The notes beneath the pieces are model-generated. The model worked only from the letters and a program-made list of their open reading frames with translations. It made no database searches and had not been told where the DNA came from. A stretch of 25,237 nucleotides of DNA from Fonticula alba ATCC 38817 (Eukaryota > Protista > Nucleariida). The DNA is taken from assembly GCA_000388065.2 (NCBI GenBank), contig KB932203.1. One strand, written 5' to 3'. Below, in pieces: positions 1 to 9,038 of the stretch; within the stretch, counting starts at the first letter, position 1; each line of letters opens with the position of its first letter. The translations under genes were made by a program, and so were the position numbers.

Positions 1-2334
1 ACACACACACACACACGCACGCACGCGCGCGCACACAGCTTCGAAATGAATTTTTCAGCAAGTTCAGCGCTTCACTGGCGCAGCTGCAGCAGGAGTACCT
101 GGATTTGGCGGCGGCGCTGGACGGGTCGGTTGATCCGGTCCACGATCCGACCCTGGCCCCGCTGCGCGGCCGCATCCGCATGGTCCTCATCCGGAGCCTC
201 CAGATGAGTGCCTACTTCTATGATCGGGAGTTCATCAGCATGATTGACAGCATTATCGAGGTGCGTGGGTCTTGCCATTCCTGCCCTTTGGCCTGGCGTG
301 TGCGCCTTCCGCGCGCGGAAAGCCAGCCACTGCCTCCGCCCCTTCGCTGGCCGGCCTTCTCGGCGATGTGTCGCATCTGGCGGCTGCCGGCTCGTGGTCA
401 CTTACCCTCCCTTTCAGAAAACCCACTTGACCGAGGACCGCCTGCTGATGCGCCTGCGTCTGCACAGCACCACCGCCCTCCAGGATCCCTCCATGGTTGT
501 CGAGGCGACGCGTCTGTTCCAGCACGCCGAGCGCAATGGTGCGTGCCGGCCCTGACCATGATCGGCACACGCTGGCCCGCGCTCTTTCTCTTGTCTCCCT
601 CTTACCAGTTGCCTCGGCCGTGCTTCACGGGCATCTCCGCGCGTGCCCCTCTCCCCCCCCCCGCCTTTCGATAATGACCCCCCGCAGGACTGTTCGAGGG
701 CCCCTTCTTCAGCCGCACCGATGCGGCCTCCTCCCTGGCCAAGGTGTACTACCGCAACCGGGACTTCGACCAGGTGGTCAGCATCCTACTCAAGGAGAAG
801 GCTCTCTCGGAGAAGAATCTCACCCTGCTGATGCACATTTGCCTCCTCCGACGTGACTACCACTCCATGTGGGTGCTGTGGGATCAGTTGAACCTGATCA
901 CCGCGCACCTGGGCGGCCCGGACTTCGTCTCGTTCAACTACGCCATCAAGTGCGCGTCGATGGTGCGTGCTCCGTCATCCATCGACCCTGGGGCCCGGGC
1001 CGGCCTCCCCTCCTTTGTCCTCCACACGCGCACACGCGCACACGCGCACACGCTAGACCGCTTGCTAATGTGCCCTGCTCGGTGCCGGCCTCCCCCTCGC
1101 TCCCCAACCACAAAGCAACAAGACCCGGCCCGCGCGTCTGGTCTCTTCCTGCGCATGCTCAACAGCTGTGGGCTTCCGCCGTCCTCCATCTTGCTCGAGA
1201 TCTTCACCTCGTTTACCCGCTGCCAGGGGGCCTTCTCCACTGTGCAGGAGATCGCCGCGCACCTCCGGCGCCATGGGACCACCATCACCCGGGACATGGC
1301 GCTCCAGATGATGGAGTCAGCCAGCCGGTCGAGCGACTTTGTCGGCCTGGTCAATCTATGGAACGAGTACTTCACCCTGTGCGTGCCAGCCCCCCCCCCC
1401 CCCCCCTCCCTCCCAAATCGGGTTTCGGCCTTCGGATATGCCGTCATGCCCGCGGTGCCCTTTTCCTTCAATACCATCACCACTGACCGGGCTTTGGCAT
1501 TCCTTCTGTCGGGCCTCTCCTCCGCTGGCGCGCTCCCTCTTGTAGGACCCCTTCTGAGAGCGACCCGCGCATTCCGGTGGACTTCGTCACCCTAAAGGCC
1601 CTGCTTGAGAGCATGAGTATCCACTGGATGCTCCCGTACATGCGCTCCATTCGCGCCAAGGAGAGCAGCGGCGACACGAAGAGTTCGTTTCCCGATCGAC
1701 CACCCCATCGCACTCCGTCCCTCGACACTTCCTTACCGGCTGCTCCTTTGCCCCCGCCCTCCCCCCTCCCCCTTTTCTTTTCCCCCTTTCGCCCTGCTCG
1801 GGTCCTTGCCCGCTCGCTTGGCTGCCTGTGTGGCCCGATGGACGCAGTTCCGGCGATGCACCACCCGCTGCACTTCCTCGAGGGGCTTCGCCAATCGCTG
1901 AACGACGCCTCCTTCCCCATCTCGCGGTCCCTGTTGCTCCTCTTTGCGCAGGTCTACTCGTCGATGTCGCGTCCGGACAAGGCGCTGGAGGTGCGTTCCG
2001 TCGGCTCTCTCGCCTCCTCGCCGGAAGGCGGAAAAGCGTCCTGGCACATCCACGAAAAGCTGACCCGATCTCCGTGCTCTCCCACTGGCCCCTGTCTCCC
2101 ACTTGCCTCCTCCCCGCCGGCAGGTCATCTTCAAGGATGTCAATCGGATGGGCGCCTTCCCCTGCTCGGGCATGATCGAGTCCCTGCTCAGCGCCCCCGG
2201 CTCCCCCATGTCAGTTTACTATGAGTCGCTGGCTCTGGCCATGACACATTGCACGCCTCTGGCCCTGGCGTATCCTGACTCGGTGGTGGCAATGGCCTTC
2301 CGTCATCCCACCCCGGGTGCCATTTTCCGCGATG

Positions 2335-2353
2335 CACGACGCTCTTCCGATCT
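2335..2353 (+). other. Illumina adapter remnant CACGACGCTCTTCCGATCT
   Basis: Exact 19-nt match to the 3' end of the Illumina read-1/universal adapter (...CTACACGACGCTCTTCCGATCT). It is absent from the clean copy at about 7560 and translates to the tell-tale RRSSDL and DALPI peptides. Confidence 0.97.
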
Positions 2354-2704
2354 TGATCGAGTCCCTGCTCAGCGCCCCCGGCTCCCCCATGTCAGTTTAC
2401 TATGAGTCGCTGGCTCTGGCCATGACACATTGCACGCCTCTGGCCCTGGCGTATCCTGACTCGGTGGTGGCAATGGCCTTCCGTCATCCCACCCCGGGTG
2501 CCATTTTCCGCGATGTGGCCACCTACACCAAGCTCTTCCCCACCACCCTGCGCAACAGCAGAGCCGGTGTTCCCTTCTTCCGGGCGCAGCCATCGCTGGC
2601 GTCAAATTTGGTGCCGCTCATGGAGAGTGCCGGGGCCCAAGAGTCGCCCCTTCGACATGAACTATCCTCCGAGTACAACAACCTCTTCAAGTGGTCTCCG
2701 CCAG

Positions 2705-2723
2705 AGATCGGAAGAGCGTCGTG
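2705..2723 (-). other. Illumina adapter remnant AGATCGGAAGAGCGTCGTG
   Basis: Exact reverse complement of the 19-mer at 2335-2353 and the standard adapter read-through sequence. It translates to RSEERR, DRKSVV and EIGRAS in the ORF track. Confidence 0.97.
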
Positions 2724-3617
2724 AGCAGAGCCGGTGTTCCCTTCTTCCGGGCGCAGCCATCGCTGGCGTCAAATTTGGTGCCGCTCATGGAGAGTGCCGG
2801 GGCCCAAGAGTCGCCCCTTCGACATGAACTATCCTCCGAGTACAACAACCTCTTCAAGTGGTCTCCGCCAGGGTCTCTGCCCGTGCGGGCGCACACCCGC
2901 TTTGCCCCGAACCGGGATCGCCGCCACACGAAGTGAAGCACCCCCCCCCCCCCCCCCGGGAGGCTGAGCCCTGGGAGCGGGGGCCTGACGCTCGACCCCT
3001 CAAGAGCCGCCAAGGCCCAGCGCCCTTCGGGGGAAGGTCTGCCTTAGATTGACCGCCGACGATGGAGCGCCACGTGCCTGCGGTCTGTGCACGCTCGCAA
3101 GCATGGGAATCTCGACCGGTCGCCTCGTGCGCCTTGTGCACAGCGTGTGCATGCGCAGGCAGGGGCATCGGGCCCTTTCGCGCGCACGCACGCACCTGCA
3201 CCCAATATACCCGCATTTCCCTTGACCCCCCTCCGCCCGCAAAGTGTCCCACGCCGCCCCGCGTCCTCCCCCTTCCCTCGTCTTGCTCACCGCCTGGCGC
3301 CGCTCTGCGATCGGACGGGGAACGCGAGGCCCGTTCCTGGTACTCCAGTACCGGCGGTCTGTTTTGCGCGTGATACTCGAGCACGCGAGCCACGCCTCTA
3401 GCCATTCCCGCTTGCTACTGCCGACTGATTCGCCCTTGTCCATCCGGTCACCGAACGCCGGTCTCTGTCCTTTTTGCGCGGGTGTCTGTGCGCGCGCGCG
3501 CGCGCGAAAGCGCGGGCTAGGAGGAGCGAACTCGCCCGCGCGCACAGCTCCGCCCATTTTTGCCTTTCGCTGGGGGTCCCGGCAGAGCCCCCCNNNNNNN
3601 NNNGGGGGGCTACGTAC

Positions 3618-3768
3618 CGGCCTCCGGGTCGTCGAGGTTCTTGTCCGGATGCAAGATAAGTGCTCGGCGACGGTACGCCACCGTCAGGCGATCCTGCGGC
3701 AGGTCGAAGGGGATGTCGAGCAGCTCATAGGGGCACTTGCCGCCAAGCTGGTCCTCGGGGGTGGCCAT
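3618..3768 (-). CDS. Exon 1 of a J-domain (DnaJ/Hsp40) protein; the rest is lost at the gap
   Basis: ATG at 3768 gives MATPEDQLGGKCPYELLDIPFDLPQDRLTVAYRRRALILHPDKNLDDPEA. This has J-domain helices I-II (YELL...AYRRRAL) and the HPD motif, followed by a phase-1 donor GTACGT at 3617. It resembles the DNAJC17/Cwc23-type start from memory, but the subfamily is not assignable. It is missing from the ORF track. Confidence 0.88.
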
Positions 3769-4302
3769 GGCGCTGGGGGGAGGGGGAGGGGGCCGCGCGC
3801 GTGGAGACGTGCGAGCGCGTGCCTATGTCCTGATGTGGGGTTGCCCGTGTCACGGGGGCGGGCGGCGAGAGGCAGGAAGGGGAAGGGGAGGCGCCGGGAG
3901 AAGAGGCAAGAAAGGCAGGGAGGAGAAGGGACGTGTTGTCGACCAGCCAGGCCGGACAGGGCCGCGGAGTGGGACGCTAAAAGGCGCCCGACCGCCGTGG
4001 GCAGTTTGGCTCACAGTGCCAACGGATGGCCGCTATTTGAGCCACGCAGGCATCCGGCGGCCCGGGCTCCCGCCGGGGCGTGTGCAGCATGTCCCCCCCT
4101 CCTCCCCCCTTCCCCCTCCCCTGCCGGTCTTCTGTTTCGCCCGTTTGTGTGTTCTCTCGCCCTTTCTTTTGTCCTGCTTCTCCTCCCCTCTTCCGGTGCT
4201 CTGCTGCATTCGCCTCCCCGACGCTTCGCCCTCCCTCCTCTGCCCCCTGTCGCCTCTTCGCGCATCGCCTCCTCCTTCCTCTTGCTCAGGGATCCCGGAC
4301 AC
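3769..4302. promoter_or_regulatory. Putative bidirectional promoter / 5' UTR region between head-to-head DnaJ and PPR-like genes
   Basis: 534 nt separate the divergent start codons (3768 minus, 4303 plus). It is purine-rich on the left and pyrimidine-rich on the right. An acceptor-like ctcag at 4290 suggests a 5' UTR intron. No specific element was identified. Confidence 0.45.
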
Positions 4303-7300
4303 ATGATGCTTTCACATGTGCTTGCCCGTGGGCCGGTCTTCGCGACGTCGCGCGCCGCGGCCCTTGCCGCCCGGGCATCGTCGGCGTCCGTGGCGCGCTT
4401 CAGCACCAGCATGCCCTACGATGACGATGGTGACGCCAGTCGGGGTGGCCATGGCAGCCACCAGCACTACGAGGACGACACGCTGGACCGGTCGATCTTC
4501 GATGACCCCAAGCAGGGGGACAACAGCTGGACCAAGAACCGGCCGCGGAAGACCGACGCCCCGCACGGCTTCGGGCTCGGGTACGGGTCACGCCCGCATG
4601 TGGGCGAGATTTCCGTGCAGCCGGCACATGCTCAGACATCCTTCCGTCGGCGGTCGGATTCCCGCCGCGACGCGGCCCCTCCCCGGCCGGAGCCCACGCC
4701 CGTGGTCAAGCAGCACCCGGTCCCGATGAACGAGGTACGCTCTCGGCACAGGCACACATGGTCGCACGCCCGCACGTGCAGTTGTCGGGGCATGAAACGA
4801 AGGGAAGGCCCCGCACGGCCAGGCACTCATGGGCTCCCTGCATGTGACCCGACCGCCCGGGACATCTGTCACTGACTTGGAGCCGCTATTTGCTTCCCGG
4901 TGTGGCAGTTTGAGCCCGACAACTCCGGCAACTCGGTCACCAGCCAGGCGTCGTATTACGGGATCCTGCCGGACGAGGTGAGCACCCCGGCCCAGGACTC
5001 CCCGTCCCATGCGTTGGATGACACGTCGGCCGTATCGAGCGACCCACTCGAGGCGGTTCTCTTCTCGACGAATGACTTCGAATCGCCGGCCGAGGCCGAG
5101 CGCTTCTTCGCCTCGCTGGAGCGCGATGGCATCCAGGTGCGTACATCGGCGGGGTTGCCTCGGCTTTTGGCTTTTTCCCGTGCCCTTGTTCGAGTCACTG
5201 GTGCATCTATGTATTAACACACACACACACACACACACACGCACGCACGCGCGCGCACACAGCTTCGAAATGAATTTTTCAGCAAGTTCAGCGCTTCACT
5301 GGCGCAGCTGCAGCAGGAGTACCTGGATTTGGCGGCGGCGCTGGACGGGTCGGTTGATCCGGTCCACGATCCGACCCTGGCCCCGCTGCGCGGCCGCATC
5401 CGCATGGTCCTCATCCGGAGCCTCCAGATGAGTGCCTACTTCTATGATCGGGAGTTCATCAGCATGATTGACAGCATTATCGAGGTGCGTGGGTCTTGCC
5501 ATTCCTGCCCTTTGGCCTGGCGTGTGCGCCTTCCGCGCGCGGAAAGCCAGCCACTGCCTCCGCCCCTTCGCTGGCCGGCCTTCTCGGCGATGTGTCGCAT
5601 CTGGCGGCTGCCGGCTCGTGGTCACTTACCCTCCCTTTCAGAAAACCCACTTGACCGAGGACCGCCTGCTGATGCGCCTGCGTCTGCACAGCACCACCGC
5701 CCTCCAGGATCCCTCCATGGTTGTCGAGGCGACGCGTCTGTTCCAGCACGCCGAGCGCAATGGTGCGTGCCGGCCCTGACCATGATCGGCACACGCTGGC
5801 CCGCGCTCTTTCTCTTGTCTCCCTCTTACCAGTTGCCTCGGCCGTGCTTCACGGGCATCTCCGCGCGTGCCCCTCTCCCCCCCCCCCGCCTTTCGATAAT
5901 GACCCCCCGCAGGACTGTTCGAGGGCCCCTTCTTCAGCCGCACCGATGCGGCCTCCTCCCTGGCCAAGGTGTACTACCGCAACCGGGACTTCGACCAGGT
6001 GGTCAGCATCCTACTCAAGGAGAAGGCTCTCTCGGAGAAGAATCTCACCCTGCTGATGCACATTTGCCTCCTCCGACGTGACTACCACTCCATGTGGGTG
6101 CTGTGGGATCAGTTGAACCTGATCACCGCGCACCTGGGCGGCCCGGACTTCGTCTCGTTCAACTACGCCATCAAGTGCGCGTCGATGGTGCGTGCTCCGT
6201 CATCCATCGACCCTGGGGCCCGGGCCGGCCTCCCCTCCTTTGTCCTCCACACGCGCACACGCGCACACGCGCACACGCTAGACCGCTTGCTAATGTGCCC
6301 TGCTCGGTGCCGGCCTCCCCCTCGCTCCCCAACCACAAAGCAACAAGACCCGGCCCGCGCGTCTGGTCTCTTCCTGCGCATGCTCAACAGCTGTGGGCTT
6401 CCGCCGTCCTCCATCTTGCTCGAGATCTTCACCTCGTTTACCCGCTGCCAGGGGGCCTTCTCCACTGTGCAGGAGATCGCCGCGCACCTCCGGCGCCATG
6501 GGACCACCATCACCCGGGACATGGCGCTCCAGATGATGGAGTCAGCCAGCCGGTCGAGCGACTTTGTCGGCCTGGTCAATCTATGGAACGAGTACTTCAC
6601 CCTGTGCGTGCCCGCCCCCCCCCCCCCCCCCCTCCCTCCCAAATCGGGTTTCGGCCTTCGGATATGCCGTCATGCCCGCGGTGCCCTTTTCCTTCAATAC
6701 CATCACCACTGACCGGGCTTTGGCATTCCTTCTGTCGGGCCTCTCCTCCGCTGGCGCGCTCCCTCTTGTAGGACCCCTTCTGAGAGCGACCCGCGCATTC
6801 CGGTGGACTTCGTCACCCTAAAGGCCCTGCTTGAGAGCATGAGTATCCACTGGATGCTCCCGTACATGCGCTCCATTCGCGCCAAGGAGAGCAGCGGCGA
6901 CACGAAGAGTTCGTTTCCCGATCGACCACCCCATCGCACTCCGTCCCTCGACACTTCCTTACCGGCTGCTCCTTTGCCCCCGCCCTCCCCCCTCCCCCTT
7001 TTCTTTTCCCCCTTTCGCCCTGCTCGGGTCCTTGCCCGCTCGCTTGGCTGCCTGTGTGGCCCGATGGACGCAGTTCCGGCGATGCACCACCCGCTGCACT
7101 TCCTCGAGGGGCTTCGCCAATCGCTGAACGACGCCTCCTTCCCCATCTCGCGGTCCCTGTTGCTCCTCTTTGCGCAGGTCTACTCGTCGATGTCGCGTCC
7201 GGACAAGGCGCTGGAGGTGCGTTCCGTCGGCTCTCTCGCCTCCTCGCCGGAAGGCGGAAAAGCGTCCTGGCACATCCACGAAAAGCTGACCCGATCTCCG

Positions 7301-7814
7301 TGCTCTCCCACTGGCCCCTGTCTCCCACTTGCCTCCTCCCCGCCGGCAGGTCATCTTCAAGGATGTCAATCGGATGGGCGCCTTCCCCTGCTCGGGCATG
7401 ATCGAGTCCCTGCTCAGCGCCCCCGGCTCCCCCATGTCAGTTTACTATGAGTCGCTGGCTCTGGCCATGACACATTGCACGCCTCTGGCCCTGGCGTATC
7501 CTGACTCGGTGGTGGCAATGGCCTTCCGTCATCCCACCCCGGGTGCCATTTTCCGCGATGTGGCCACCTACACCAAGCTCCTCCCCACCACCCTGCGCAA
7601 CAGCAGAGCCGGTGTTCCCTTCTTCCGGGCGCAGCCATCGCTGGCGTCAAATTTGGTGCCGCTCATGGAGAGTGCCGGGGCCCAAGAGTCGCCCCTTCGA
7701 CATGAACTATCCTCCGAGTACAACAACCTCTTCAAGTGGTCTCCGCCAGGGTCTCTGCCCGTGCGGGCGCACACCCGCTTTGCCCCGAACCGGGATCGCC
7801 GCCACACGAAGTGA
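4303..7814 (+). CDS. Mitochondria-targeted PPR-like (alpha-solenoid) protein, about 761 aa, 9 exons
   Basis: Exons 4303-4734, 4909-5136, 5263-5484, 5642-5762, 5913-6187, 6341-6603, 6772-6908, 7074-7216 and 7350-7814, with all GT-AG phases compatible. The N-terminus MMLSHVLARGPVFATSRAAALAARASSASVARFSTS is R/S/A-rich and acid-free, like a transit peptide. PPR-like units include PDFVSFNYAIKCASMQQDPARASGLFLRMLNSCGLPP and LLLLFAQVYSSMSRPDKALEVIFKDVNRMGAFP. Confidence 0.78.
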
Positions 7815-8465
7815 AGCACCCCCCCCCCCCCCCCCGGGAGGCTGAGCCCTGGGAGCGGGGGCCTGACGCTCGACCCCTCAAGAGCCGCCAAGGCCCAGCG
7901 CCCTTCGGGGGAAGGTCTGCCTTAGATTGACCGCCGACGATGGAGCGCCACGTGCCTGCGGTCTGTGCACGCTCGCAAGCATGGGAATCTCGACCGGTCG
8001 CCTCGTGCGCCTTGTGCACAGCGTGTGCATGCGCAGGCAGGGGCATCGGGCCCTTTCGCGCGCACGCACGCACCTGCACCCAATATACCCGCATTTCCCT
8101 TGACCCCCCTCCGCCCGCAAAGTGTCCCACGCCGCCCCGCGTCCTCCCCCTTCCCTCGTCTTGCTCACCGCCTGGCGCCGCTCTGCGATCGGACGGGGAA
8201 CGCGAGGCCCGTTCCTGGTACTCCAGTACCGGCGGTCTGTTTTGCGCGTGATACTCGAGCACGCGAGCCACGCCTCTAGCCATTCCCGCTTGCTACTGCC
8301 GACTGATTCGCCCTTGTCCATCCGGTCACCGAACGCCGGTCTCTGTCCTTTTTGCGCGGGTGTCTGTGCGCGCGCGCGCGCGCGAAAGCGCGGGCTAGGA
8401 GGAGCGAACTCGCCCGCGCGCACAGCTCCGCCCATTTTTGCCTTTCGCTGGGGGTCCCGGCAGAG

Positions 8466-8506
<41 letters not shown>
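8466..8506. repeat. Poly-C homopolymer (about 41 nt)
   Basis: Read directly. It is the same run in which duplicate copy 1 terminates at 3593. Confidence 0.95.
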
Positions 8507-8507
<1 letters not shown>

Positions 8508-9038
8508 TTACCCCGCCCAGGTTCCTGTAATCCCCCCGGACCTGTGGCCCCGTCTGGGCGGTTGTCCGGTTGGCCCGCGGTTAGCCTCCATTTTCTCGTC
8601 TGGCATGCATCCGCTTTTTGGTGTGGGCGTCCTGGTGAGCCAGGGGCGGCGTGAGCAGGGGGGGGGGGAATAACGAGACGGACAGAAGCACAACGAGGAC
8701 GCGACGAGGGCGGCGTGGTGCTGGTGTGCGGGCAGCTGTATAAGGCACTGCCAGCCGACCGTTGCGCGCCCGCGCGATGCTTCCTCCCTCTCTCCCTCCC
8801 CCCTCGCCCTTCCTCCTCCTGCCTCTCTCCTAGCACCCTTGCTCCTTCTCCCCCTCCTCCTCCTCCTCCTCCTCCTCCTGCCCGTCCCCCCTGCTCCCCG
8901 CCTTCGCCTCCCTTCGTCCGCCCGGCCCACTTGAGGGGTTGGCCGCTGAGAGCCGACTCGCCGCGCCCTACACTGGCTTCGGCCCCCCACCTACCCCCCC
9001 CCCCCCCCCGCTCCTTTTCTTCCCACTCCCGTCAGAGT

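Larger units (their letters stand above)
39..2936 (+). pseudogene. Partial second copy of the PPR-like gene (exons 3-9), with the last exon broken by adapter sequence; most likely artefactual rather than a biological pseudogene
   Basis: Exons 39-260, 418-538, 688-962, 1116-1378, 1546-1682, 1848-1990 and 2124 onward match 5263-7814. The last exon goes out of frame at 2335 and stops at 2405. The native C-terminus reappears at 2724-2936. Confidence 0.8.
1..3593. repeat. Near-identical duplicate of 5225-8471 (3' part of the PPR-like gene plus downstream intergenic DNA); probably a false duplication
   Basis: Exons and introns match at offsets 5224, 5225 and 5226, then 4878 after a 348-nt adapter-associated insert. 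Other differences seen: poly-C lengths (10 vs 11, 17 vs 18), A1388 vs C6613 and T2536 vs C7581. The copy stops in a poly-C run at the 10-N gap (3594-3603). Its left end lies outside the window. Confidence 0.95.

Noticed and set aside
2335-2723. MITE/DNA transposon with 19-bp terminal inverted repeats and large flanking duplications
   Set aside because: The inverted repeats are exact Illumina adapter sequence, the interior is a piece of the host exon, and there is no short TSD or transposase.
2173-2871. CRISPR-like or biological tandem repeat array
   Set aside because: There are only two pairs of long direct repeats, fully explained by the adapter-bounded insert, in a eukaryotic context.
3244-4875. 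543-aa plus-strand ORF
   Set aside because: It crosses an N-gap and intergenic DNA. Only 4303-4734 is a plausible exon.
8739-8744. TATAAG as a TATA box for U2AF65
   Set aside because: It is a single imperfect hexamer with no TSS data.
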